64,000 nucleotides of DNA, taken from contig NC_068981.1 in assembly GCF_001194135.2 (NCBI RefSeq), forward strand, positions 190,725,555 to 190,789,554, given 5' to 3'. The stretch is from Octopus bimaculoides. Lineage: Eukaryota. Within the stretch, counting starts at the first letter, position 1. Every line of letters starts with the position of its first letter. This document shows, in pieces, positions 23,788 through 36,570 of the stretch. A model generated the notes under the pieces. The model saw only the letters and a program-made list of their open reading frames with translations. It had not been told where the DNA came from and made no database searches. A program made the position numbers and the translations under genes.

Positions 23788-25164
23788 CATATATACATAT
23801 TTGATATATGTATGTCCTGGTATACATATATTTTTGTGTTGTGACAAGATTATGCTCTGCTTCTGCAATGTGTGTGGATGTGGGTGTTTGTATATGTGTG
23901 TGTTCATGGATGTGTGCTTGTTTAAGTGTTTGTGTCTGCTTGTTTTGACATCAGGTAATAGTTTTGCCGTCAAACAAACAGTGTCTCTTGTTTCTAGACT
24001 TCAGTGAAAACCTGTCCAGCCACAGGGAAAATATATTATCTTGCTTGGAAACAGGTGAAGTTTGGTGACAGGAAAAGCATCTGGCCATAGAAAAATCTGC
24101 CTCAGTGAGTTACATCTGATCTGTTCAAGCATAGAAAAGTAGATGTTAAGCCAATACTTTTAGTTTGATTTTATAGAGGTTATTCTGATTTGTGGTTTGT
24201 ATTGTAATAAAATATTTAAGGAACTTACATAGATTAGTTTAAATCTAGCATTGCTTGAGTATGAAAATCTTGTGTCCTTTGAAAATTCTCTTAGTGGGCA
24301 TTTTAGCAAAAATCTGAAAATCTCATTTGTTCCTATGCATCTTTTTGAAGCTAATAAAATTTGACATGTGTAACTACTAAGTTATTGTATCTCTCTACTT
24401 CCTGATAAAAATACTGCTTCATTTGTCAAAATAAGCTATATTATGAAATAATAGAATTGTCATTCGAATGAGAGGAACAGCTGCCTCACTTTTGCCTGTA
24501 AAATAGATGTGTATGTCTGCAGTTAGCTTCCAAAACTTAGAAGATAGAATATAACACTCTTATTATACATGCTTTAAAAAAGAAAAGATCTTTCATATGT
24601 AAATGTTTGCTTTTAAATAGTGATTCATATTGTCTTTTACTGTTTTTATTCTGGAAGATATATGAAATTCAATTAGCTTGTATGTTAATTACTGCTAGCA
24701 TCTAATATAAACTTATGGTGCATTCTTATCATTCTACTTTGCAATGGTTTCTCATCCTTAGTTATTACCGTTACGTCAGATTTTAAAATTATATCAAGAT
24801 AAGGATGACATCTATTTCTAATTAAATCATTACTGCTTTCGAAGCTGTATATCAGCTAAATATGCATTGTTTAATAAGCGTAGCTTTTCTTAACTATCAA
24901 ATTATTTCTTACAATGTTAAATGAAAAACAAATGAAAAAAGAAGTAAAATTGACAGCTAAGCTCATAAACTATAAGGAAAGCTCCTCACTGAGTTAATTA
25001 TTTGAGCTGTATTTACTGGAGTATCAAATGATATTGTTAATTAATAGAAACAAAGTAAACAACTAATTTATTACACATACGTGTTACTAACGAATATATT
25101 ACTTACAGGGTCCGTGAGTACTCTTGACTCTTAGCAGTGTACAAGGCAACCCCATTTTGTGTTG

Positions 25165-25437
25165 GTGCCACAGTAAAAGGCTCCACTTCCTTCGCCTGGT
25201 GCACCCTCTTGAGTAATTGGTGAGTGAACAAAAGAAAAATAAGGTTGAAGGATTTCTTTAGTCCTGTCTCACCAAAGATTGGAAAACCCCTCTAGTGGAA
25301 ACATTGTGAAATGGTTGGCAAACAAGCACAGGAAACAGGGTTGAAAGGATCTTTTAATTTTGTCTTAAAGAAGACATGACAACTCCCCTAGTGCTGGTGC
25401 CTTGATAAAATGCTCCCAGTATTTTCCATTAGGTGGT
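25165..25437 (+). repeat. Unclassified ~300-bp repeat, copy 2 (internal deletion of ~28 bp)
   Basis: Near-identical to 23489-23787. Confidence 0.9.
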
Positions 25438-26041
25438 TGATAAATAGGAAAGGCATCTAATGAGAGAAATGAAGGCAAAATGAAATGTACAAATACCAGG
25501 CTAAGAGAATAGTGTCTCTCAGTAAGAACTGTCTCAGACTGTGATGGAAGACATAAGAAGATGATGGTGGAGGTGATAGTGATGATGATGATGACTCACA
25601 ATACTGCTGTATTGTATCTGTAAAATTTATATACCAATCTGAGCAATACAATATTACCCTTTTGAAGAGATACTTAATCTCTCTCTGGCAGAATTAACGA
25701 TTAGTCATATATTTTCTCACCATTAGTGAAATTCCAACAAGTGGCTTGTAATTATTTCAAAGTGTCTTGGTCATTTCAATGAATGAGAAAAGGATTGATT
25801 GAAAACTCATAGAACCATAGGGTTTTTCTGAGATTTTATTCTTTTAAGTTGAAAATGATCAATGCTTGTGTGATGGTGTTGCTTGTTGACAATAATTATA
25901 TGATATTAAAAAAAAAACAAAGGTATACTCAGTCACACACAAACTTCTTTCAATTTCTATCTACTTTATCCATTCACAAAGCTTTAGGACCATACCAAGA
26001 AGAAGCTTCTTAAACACACAGCATCATGCCTGCACCTAACC

Positions 26042-26139
<98 letters not shown>

Positions 26140-28812
26140 AAATATATGAATTTCCTTCACAAACTATTGATCTACCTGAGGCTGTGGTAGACAAAATTTA
26201 CCCTTGTGCAAAGTGCCACACAGTGGAATCAAACCCAGAACAAGCGTGTGATTGCACAGCAAACATCTTAACCATGCAGCTATTCACTCTTGAGAGTTCC
26301 TTCCCTCCATATGAAAACAAAACCAACCAGGAAAAAAAAAAGAAAAAGAAAATTAATGTAAGCCTACCAAGACATAATGTCAGGCTGAATGAAAAACAAA
26401 TCAAGAACTGTCCTGAATGTTGTATTTCTACATAGTTTTATATTGCACTCCACATTCCATATGATTTCTTCTTTATGATGAAAAATGATTTATGCTTAAT
26501 TAACCTATTACTTTAGAATATATTCTCCCATTGCAACTGGGATTATATAAGACTGCTTAACCTACCTCTTGAATATTTTCCATATTGTTAGCTTTTTTCA
26601 TGTTGTCTCTTCTTAAAGGTAAATATTTTTATGCTGGCATAGATTGAACGTTTAACATAATGTGAATTTCTTGCTACTTGATTTCCAGTGGGGGTACTCA
26701 CCTCTTTCTTTCTTTTTTTTTTCTTTTTGTTTGTTAATGCAAACCACTTAACTGTAAAGTTGAAACAGGAACAAGCATCAAAGTTCATTCTACTTCTTTA
26801 GGAATCAAACATTAGGTTCAATAGTAAGAAGTAATTTTCTGAAATATAGACTCAGATATTTAGTGTCACTTAAGTACCAGAATCAGTTCCCAGTTCTCCA
26901 TTGCTTATCTTAGTTTGTCAGGGAGAGTGATTGAGACTCCACATATATTCTTAATTGATCAAATTTGTGTAGTATTAATCAGTCATTAAGTCTTCAAAGC
27001 TAATAAATTTGGGGGCTGCTGCACTGCATAAAAATACTGTGGTCTTTTGGGTTTACAGTCTTATTTTTTCTCATCACAATGGACCTTAGGGTTTACACAC
27101 TCATCCTTAAAACGTAGACAACTTTAAGAAGATTCATTCAGCATTGTCAGTCATAAGCCCAGGAATGACTGTGTGGTAAGAAGCTAGCTTCCCAGCCATA
27201 TGGTTCTGGGTTCAGTCTCACTGCATGGCACCTGCAGCAAGTGTCTTCTACTATAGCCTTGGGCCAACCAAAGCTTTGCGAGTGGATTTGGTAGATGGAA
27301 ACTGAAAGAAGCTCGTCGTGTATAGGCTTACTGTTATGATGTACAAGGATCCCCCACATCGTGGAAGCATTGCTTTCCTGAAAAAACCTTGCTTGGAATT
27401 CTGTTACACAATTCCAACATGCATTTTGTTACACCAAACCTCCATGTTACATTTTATGCAGAAGTCCATGAATGTAGAAATCAACAAAACAACGGGAGAC
27501 TGCAGTTCATATTACTGAATCTCATCTTAGACCAAGATTTTGGGATTTGCAATGTGAACAATGTAGTAATGTAATTGAGTAAAATACTCAGAAAACTCTT
27601 TGGTTGTTCATCCATTTCATCATTTGTTTTACATTTGTTTTTGCATGCTAGCATGGGTTAGACAAATATTGAATTGAAACATTAGAGGCAAGGTGGCCAT
27701 GGCTTGAATTTTGTTAGTTAGATCTCTTATTGCTAAAGCTGGCCTGAAACAAGATGGCCTGGAGAAAAGCACTGTAAGTCACATCTTTGATTAGTCAATG
27801 GTGGCTTTGGCCTCTTAAGACAAGGGGCCAAGACTAGAACACTAGAGTGGTACCAACTAGAGCAATTGAATGACTTTCAGTTACTGGACTTTCTAATTTA
27901 ACCAAAATTTATTCACTATCTCTTTGAAATGAATTTTGATGTATTTACTGCAGAATAACAGAAAACCACTGCATATAAGATTTATAATGACAAGATTTAT
28001 GATAATGCGATTTATGGTGAATAAAAAAAAAATGGTTATTTTGCAAACAATAGATTATATTATTAAATAGTTTTAAAAATTCTTTTTACCCACAGAAATT
28101 GTATGAAATGCTTTAAACTGATTATAAAGATATTTAATGCAGTTTTACTTTAAATATTAGTCATATATAGCTTGTACATGATGCATAATACCTATTTTTC
28201 AATTGATATTTTTTTCCTTTGTTGTTCAAATGAATAACTCTTCATGGTATGTGAACTTGCACAAGCTTTACCAATTTGGAATGTAACTAAACCAGACTTC
28301 TAAAGTGTTTTACATGGTTTCTTTGAGAGAGAGAGAGAGAGAGATGAATGAATTGTATTGTTTAGAGTATGACATCCAAGATGATTGTTTTGAATTGATT
28401 TATTGAATTCTCCTGCTAAATCTTAAAAATAATCAATATTTTTGTTTTTGTATTTTATTCTAAGCTGTATTTTCAAAATATAGTTTCAAAATACTGTGTA
28501 TGTACGCAAACTTGTTCTCTCTCTCACACACGCACATATGCACACACACACATACACATTTCTTCATTTCTTATTACTATACAAACATTGTATTTTTTGC
28601 TATAATACTGAGGAAGTGTGATAGCTGGCATAGAGAAACACGTGTATGTTATATAAAACTTAAAAATACCAGTTACATTTTCTGCATTTCTTATGACATG
28701 GCTCAAACTCTGCTAAGTAGCTTATCCCTTGATATAATGGTTGTTTTCATAGTATGGGAAATAATAGGAGTGAAGTGTGGAATTGGTTACCAAACCCAAA
28801 TTACTTAGTAAC

Positions 28813-28877
<65 letters not shown>

Positions 28878-28965
28878 TCAAGTAACGAGGCTCTTTATTT
28901 TGGATATTGAGTTCAATAATAAATATGGTGTAGAATTTTGAAATAAAAACAGACGTCACAATATT

Positions 28966-29181
28966 ATTCTTTTCTACTCCAGGCACAAGGCCCGAAATTT
29001 TTGGGGAGGGGCCAGTCAATTAGATCGACCTCAGTATGCAACCAGTACTTAATTTATCAACCCTGAAAGGTTGAAAGGCAAAGTCGACCTTGGTGGAATT
29101 TGAACTCAGAATGTAAAGACAGACAAAATACTGCTAAGCATTTCACCCGGCATGGTAACGTTTCTGTCAGCCCGCCACCTT
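28966..29181 (-). mobile_element. Family C SINE with 15-bp TSD
   Basis: AGACGTCACAATATT at 28951-28965 versus AGACATCACAATATT at 29182-29196. Confidence 0.9.
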
Positions 29182-29345
29182 AGACATCACAATATTTGAA
29201 GTTTCATTATAGAGTTTCGTGTTTTTACTTATTCAATTCCTTCATTTTGCAGTTTTGTACATCATTACAATTTTGTAACAATTCAGATGCTCTAAATTTT
29301 AAAATTTCACTTTAAAAATCTATAGTGAATTAACACCCTGCCACT

Positions 29346-29382
<37 letters not shown>

Positions 29383-29959
29383 CACACATACACACACACA
29401 TACATACACACACACACATACATACACACACACACTCAAACAATTATTTTAGTATACAATTTGCAGTTTGAATACTGATTAAAACTCATAATATTCTTTA
29501 TATCCTACCTCTTTAGAAATGTAAATTTATGCAGTCTACTACAATCCGATTTGTGTATTTGTTAAGTATTTTGGCTGTCAGAAGCAACTGTAACTGTATC
29601 TCACTTTTTTGTGTTGTTGCTGTAAAATCTAAAATTTCTGAAATTTATCTGAAGTTTGATTATAGAGTTCAGAGAGATTTTAATTATTCATTTTTGTTTA
29701 TCAATAAACTGTTAAAGCAAGTTTGCTATTTTTATTCATTTATTTATTTATTTTAGCTATTTTCTTTTCTTTTTGTTTGTTTTCCAACCCACTTTTTGCA
29801 GAAAACTATTATTGCTTTACTGTTGAGTATATAGTATATAGTAAGTTTAAAAATATATTTTCATTTCTATCAGAAAACAAATCTGTTTCTGTTCATAGAC
29901 TCGATGATCTGATATTTTGTGATACAATAATATGAAATAAAATATGTAATTAAAAGAAC

Positions 29960-30187
29960 ATGTAGGAGTGGCTGTGCTGTAAGAAGTTTGCTTCCCAACC
30001 ACATGGCTCTGAATGCAGTTCCACTACATGACATTTTGGGCAAGTGTCTTCTACTATACCTCAGGATTTGGTAGACAGAAACTGAAAGAAGCTCATTGTA
30101 TATATGTGTCTTCTACTATAGCCTCAGGCCGACCAAAGCCTTGTGAGTGGATTTGGCAGACAGAAACTGAAAGAAGCCCCAGACACA

Positions 30188-30229
<42 letters not shown>

Positions 30230-30243
30230 TATATATATATATA

Positions 30244-30297
<54 letters not shown>

Positions 30298-30494
30298 TGT
30301 GTCTGTGTTTGTCCCCCCAACATTGCTTGACAACCGATACTGGTGTGTTTACATCCCTGTAACTTAGCAGTTCAGCAAAAAAGACCAATAGAATAAGTAC
30401 TAGGCTTACAAAGACTAAGTCCTGAGGTTGATTTGCTCAACTAAAGGCAGGGCTCCAGCATGGCTGCTGTCAAATAACTGAAACAAGTAAAGGA

Positions 30495-30495
<1 letters not shown>
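29960..30495 (+). mobile_element. Family B SINE with internal partial duplication and (CA)(TA)(GT) core
   Basis: The GTGTCTTCTACTATA..GAAACTGAAAGAAGC block occurs twice in 30041-30180. Confidence 0.9.
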
Positions 30496-30530
<35 letters not shown>

Positions 30531-30532
<2 letters not shown>

Positions 30533-31381
30533 TAGCTGTTGTACCTGGCGTTGCTCTGGTTTTTTTGTGTTAAGGATAAGCCTATGATGCCATTGTAAGT
30601 GTTGTTTGATGAAATTTCTTTCTGAATCTTACGCATGTCGTCATGTTCGAGGTACTTTAGCAGAGGTACCCGATAATTCCCAGGTTGGTTGGAATGTAGT
30701 GCAATTGCACGCAAAATGTCTATTTTATAATATTCCCCAGCTCATGTGCAATTATCGATTTTATGTCAACTACACATGCTACAATCAACTTATGGACATG
30801 AACTGTAATCAAGTGTAACATAACTTAAAAATCGATAGAATAGTCACTGAAAAATCTGATACATACGTGTGCCCTTCCGTCCCCTCTGGAATTAAATTAA
30901 AACCTTTACTGTCTCACCTACCACAAAATTTACCTAAATCTCAAATTTCATTAAAATCGGATGAAAAATGTAAAAGTTACGGCCAAAAATAAAATCTTTA
31001 TGGGTATTTGCACGCAAAAGCCTATTGATTTTATAAAACCACTGCTCTGGCGCAATTATTGATTTTTTTTTGTCAACACCATGCACTGACATCAACTCAC
31101 TGCCATGATGAGCCTTGCTCACTCATCGATTTTCATCAAAATCAAACGAAAAATGCAAAAGTTGCAGGAGAAATGACATCATTATGGGAATTTCCATTCA
31201 AACGCCCGATTGCGCTCACAAGAATTGATGCTAACTGAGCATTATCAAGGTTTTGAAAAATTCCAGCCTTGTTTGAACTACAGGGCATGTGATCTACCTA
31301 TGTGCCAAAAATCATTAAAATCGGTTGGACAGTATGGGAGGAGTTAGAGTAACCCCAAACACACAGACAGACACCATTACA

Positions 31382-31385
<4 letters not shown>
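30531..31385 (+). mobile_element. Non-autonomous Helitron-like (Lep1/HINE-type) element
   Basis: Starts CTAGCTGTTGTACCTGGCGTTGCTCTGG; ends ..CCAAAAATCATTAAAATCGGTTGG..ACACACAGACAGACACC..TTTATATAT; sits between (TA)n tracts with no TSD. Confidence 0.55.
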
Positions 31386-31420
<35 letters not shown>

Positions 31421-31744
31421 GTATGTCTGTGTTTGTATCCCCTCCATCACTTGACAACTGATGTTGGTGTGCTTATGTCCCCATACCTTAGCGGTTCGGC
31501 AAAAGAGACCGACCGAATAAGTACTAGGCTTACAAACAATGAGCTTGGGGGGGGGCGATTTGTTCAACTAAAAGTGTTGCTCCAGCATGGCCACAATCAA
31601 ATGACTGAAATAAGTAAAAGGATAAAAGAATAATAGGATTGTTGATGTTAAGAATGTCCAGTTTTAAGCCTTCCTGCGACTAAACATCTGGTATAAGAAC
31701 ATCAGTGTTTATTTCCTAATCTGTTGATAACAAATTCTGCTATG

Positions 31745-32467
31745 ATAATTCTTTCTACTATAGGCACAAAGGTTGAAATTTTTTTTTTTGGGAGGGGGGG
31801 GTCTAGTTGATTACGTTGACCTCAGAGCTCAACTAGTACTTATTTCATTGACCCTCGAAAAGATGATCTGCAAAGTCGACCTCAGTGGAATTTGAACTCA
31901 GAATGTGAAGATGGACAAAGTGTCACTAAGCATTTTGTCTGATGTGCTAATGATTCAGCCAGCTCATTGCCTTAGTAATAATAATAATAATAATAATAAT
32001 AATCCTTTATACATTAGGCACAAAGTCTGAAATTTGGGGGGGNNNNNNNNNNNNNGGGGGGGGGGGGCTGAGTTGATTACATTGACCCCAATGTTCAACT
32101 GGTGCTTATTTCATCGATCCCCAAAGAATGAAAGGCAAAGTTGACCTAAGTGGAATTTGAACTCATGGGCGAAATGCTGCTAAGCATTTTGCCCTGCATG
32201 CTAACAATCCTGTCAGCTTAATTGCTTAAAATTTTTGGCATGAAGCTAAATAATAATAATAATAATAATAATAATGATAATAATCCTGAAATTTGTGGGA
32301 AGGGGACTAGTCAATTACATCAACTCCAGTGTTTCACTGGTACTTAAATTTATTGACGCTGAAAGGATAAGTCAACCTCGACAGAGTTTGAACTCAGAAT
32401 ATAGCGATAGGTGAAATACTGCTAAGCATTTTGCCCAGCGTGCTAACAATTCTGCCAGCTAGTCACC

Positions 32468-32470
<3 letters not shown>
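31745..32470 (-). mobile_element. Three tandem family C SINEs separated by (AAT)n
   Basis: Units at about 31750-31972, 32005-32228 and 32285-32470. Confidence 0.85.
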
Positions 32471-32532
<62 letters not shown>

Positions 32533-32550
32533 CATCATCATCATCATCAT
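32470..32550. repeat. (AAT)n followed by (CAT)n
   Basis: Direct reading. Confidence 0.97.
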
Positions 32551-34330
32551 TATACTACTAAGGTCCATCATCATTGTCATTTTCACCAAGACCCTCCATC
32601 ACCACCACCACCATCAGCATTTTAACTTTTTTTTACATCTGTCTGAATCGGTTAGATGTGTATTGCTTTTAGCCACATTTCTTGACATTGTAAAATCATG
32701 ATTGATTTTCGGTGAGAGAGAGTGTTTCCTGTCATAGACTGCTGAAACATAACTATTTGACACTAGACTGACATTTGTCCATTTTCCTTAAATATCCCAT
32801 CTATACATCAGGTTACAATAGGCACAGGCCTGGTTCTTCGCTTAAGAAATCAATTTTCCAACTGTGTGGTTTTGGGGCTTGGTCCCACTGTGTGGTGTCT
32901 TTGACAAGTGTCTCCTGGTATAGCTCCGGGCTGATTGAAGCCTTGTGAATGAATTATGTATACAATAATATTGTATACAACTTGAGATCTTTGCCTTGCC
33001 TTAACGTTTGTTGTCCTCTTTAACAATTATTTACATATATATATATATATATGAGAGAGAGAGACACACACACACTTAACTTATTTCGGTTTTTGTTTAG
33101 CAAATCCACTCAAAAGGCTTTGGTTGGTCTAGGGCTATAGTATAAGAAACTTGCCCAAAGTATCATGTAGTGGGATTGAACCTGAGACCACACTGTCAGG
33201 AAACAAGCTTCTTGACTTCACAACTACTCCTGGTCAATAAAACAAACTACCAGGTAAGTTCTGAGTCACTGCAATCATCTAACTGTCTTTCCTCAAAATT
33301 GCTGGTCTTGTGCCTATATAGGAAACCATCATTAGATAACGTTTGAATGAATGATTTATATTTAAGAAAAATAATTTCTTCTATATTTCTGCTATGATGT
33401 CAAATTATACTTGACTTTTCTTCAGACCGTATTACATATTGCCTGCCAATAAAATCTTCTTCAAAGATATTTCAATGTAACATAAATGGTACTTATTTGC
33501 TAGGAAAATTGAGATTTGTCAGTGGAAATTACCATAAGATATCTTGGAAAAGTTAAAAGAATAAACATGATATCGAAAAGTATATTTCCTAATCTTGTAA
33601 AAGAATTACTAGATTCTTATTTTATTTCCTTTCAATCAGCCATTTATATTAGCCAAATGCAACTTGATTGCTTTGATGGAAGAACTAAATTAAATGTTTT
33701 ATAGCATTTCAGTATTATTCATCTGATTTCATAGTATATAGGGAGACTGTTGTGAATATACAGAAATAATAATGTAATTTGGTATAGCTGTGTCTTTGTG
33801 CTGAAGAACTCGCTTTGTAACTATGCACTTTGAGGTTCAGTTCTACTGTATGTATGGTGCCTTTAGCAAATATCTTCTATAGCTCTGGTGAGTGAATTTG
33901 GTACCTGAAAAGAAAACTGTTGCATATGTATGCATGTATATACGTGTGTGTGTGCATGTGTTCATGAGTGTGTTATGTATGTGAATGTGATCTGTAAGTG
34001 TAAATATGTGTGAACGTTGACAATATGATGCTTACATTGCTCTGCACTTTTGAGGATCTGTAGAATATAAAGAATCCCTTACTTGGAAAATGGGTAAAGA
34101 TTGACAAGATGAGCAGCTAACTGTAAAATCCTGCCTCCCACCAAAAAGTCCCCATTTTCCCTTTCCAGTTTTAGAATAACTGCATAATGGTTGTGTGTGT
34201 CTAAAGAGGTGAAGGGTTGGTGACAGTAAGAGCATCCAACATTAAAGCATTTGTATAACTTGTACCTGAAGAGAAATGAAAGCAGACACAAAATGACTAT
34301 ATTTATGTGTGTGTGTGTGTGTGTGTGCGT

Positions 34331-34367
<37 letters not shown>

Positions 34368-34487
34368 ATGAAGTTTGTTTTTCAACTACATGGTTTTGAG
34401 TTTAATCTCACTGCTTGGTCCCTTAGGCATGTCTTCTACTATCACCCTGGCAAGACAAAAACTGAAAGCCCGTCAAGTATATATATA

Positions 34488-34930
34488 TCATCATCATCAA
34501 CATTTAATGTCCATTTTCCATGCTGGCATGGGTGGACAATTTGACTGAAAACCAGGGAGCCATACCAGGTCCCAATCTGATTTGGCATTGTTCCTATGGC
34601 TGGATGCCCTTCCTAACACCAACCACTCCAAGAGTGTAGTGGGTGCTTTTTACGTGCCATCAGCACAGGTGCCAGTTATGTAACACCGACATTAGCTGTC
34701 ACAATGATTTCACATGGCTTGACAGGTCTTCTCAAGCATGGTATATCACCAAAGGTCTCAGTCACTTGTCACTGCCCCTGTGAAGGCCGATGTTTGAATG
34801 GTACTTTCTACATGCCACCAGCACAGGTGCCAGTTACACGACACTGGCATTGGCCATGACTATGATTTCACTTGACTTGATGGGTTTTATCAAGCACAGT
34901 ATAGCGCCAAAGGTCTCAGCCACTTGTCAA
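34488..34930 (-). mobile_element. Family A copy, long variant
   Basis: (CAT)n tail, A body, upstream CAAAGGTCTCAG..CACTTGTCA blocks shared with 57290-57920. Confidence 0.85.
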
Positions 34931-35593
34931 AACCTATGCCAGCATGGAAAATGGATGTTAAAGGATGATGATGATATCAATGATATATTCCCTCCTATAC
35001 ACATGACCGAATTTCCTCCTACTAAATTCACTGACAAGGCTTTGGTTGGCCTGGATATGTGGGTTAGTGTCTCTTTGTCTCTACATTGTGTGATAATTAT
35101 AATTAGGCCTCAGCCTCATACAGGTAGTGCTCTGTGTTTACAGTCATCCATGAAAATATGTCTGGCCATTGGGAAACATTACCTTGCTTGGAAACAAGTG
35201 AACATTGGTGACAGGAAGGGCATCTGGCCATAGAAAATCTATGTCAATAAATGCCATCTAACCCATGTGAATATGGACAAATGGATGTTACAATAATGAT
35301 AGTAGGCTTTTGTAAAATATATCTCTATCAAACTCTGCTGACAAAGGTTATTGTAGAAGATACCTGCCCAAGGTGCCATGCAGTGGGATCAGATCAAATA
35401 TCATGGTTGCAATGCAAATTTCTAAAACACAGCTCTGGCTGCACCAATGTTCAAGGGACTTTTTTATTAAAAGCACTATTTCAGATGCAAAATAAAATAT
35501 ATAACTGTATACTTTAAACTGTACAGAAGTCTATCACATCTGTTGGCAGGACTATTAAGCTGCCATACAGTTTTAAAAGGGAAGCTAATGAAA

Positions 35594-35803
35594 TTTAACC
35601 CCTTAGCATTCATGTTAATACTATCAAATATAATGCTAATTTATTCATACTGTTTTGAATTAATCTTGTACTATCGTGAAGCTTTGAGATATTAATGATG
35701 TGATTGCTTATTTTTAGAATGACATTGTAAGGTGGGTGTGAGAGGCCAGATCTGGCCAGTTTTGACATAAAACAGAATATTTTGGTTTAATTTTGAAGGT
35801 TTA
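35594..35803. mobile_element. piggyBac-type MITE, type 1
   Basis: TTAACCCCTTAGCATT start; body homologous to 38299-38505. Confidence 0.65.
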
Positions 35804-36032
35804 ATGCAAATCGCTAATCAAGATTCCCATGTTACTATGTTAAAAAATGTTGCACTCTACTGATGTATTCCTTCTGAATTAAAAGAATCTTCTTCTTCTT
35901 CTCCTATGTAATGTCCTTGATTATCGCTGATAGTGAAGGATGAGCTAAAAGATAATAACAGTAAAAGTACTTGGATCAGTACATGTTTTATTGGGCTAAA
36001 CATCATTCCGAAGGTGAAAATGGTAAAATAAT

Positions 36033-36248
36033 CTTTTCTACTATAGGCACATGGCCTGAAATTTTGGGGGAGAGGGCCAGTCAATTAGATTGACACCAGT
36101 ACACAACTGGTACTTAATTTATCGAGCCCGAAAAGATGAAAGGCAATGTTGACCTCGGTGGAATTTGAACTCAGAACATAGCAGCAGACGAAATACCACT
36201 AAGCATTTCACCCAGCATGCTAACAATTCTGCCAGCTCGCTGCCCTAA
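36033..36248 (-). mobile_element. Family C SINE with TSD
   Basis: TGGTAAAATAAT on both flanks. Confidence 0.9.
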
Positions 36249-36299
36249 AATTGGTAAAATAATTCCCATGTTTACTTATGCATAATGCAAGAAACTTAA

Positions 36300-36570
36300 T
36301 AGAAAGTGTTTGGATCAGAATCGATGGAGGATAGGTGTAAAATTATATTTGAAGGATCTCTGGAGTAATATTGCTTGACAGATTCTTGAAACTGAGCCAA
36401 CTGGTTGGCGACCTATGGGTAAACCAAGATTTAATGGTCAGATAATATCCTTAGTCTCAGTTGGTTACACTTGGGAATCCAGCAGGAAAGTGTAATGGCA
36501 GTTGCTTTCGATAGGATTCTGATGATTCTACCCCCATGATTCTCATATGAATAGTGGGCAGAGAAAATAG
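36300..36570 (+). mobile_element. RTE-clade LINE 3' relic followed by (GGAT)n
   Basis: QILETEPTGWRPMGKPR..DNI matches the RT C-terminal RPRGRPRxRWxDxI pattern. Confidence 0.55.
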
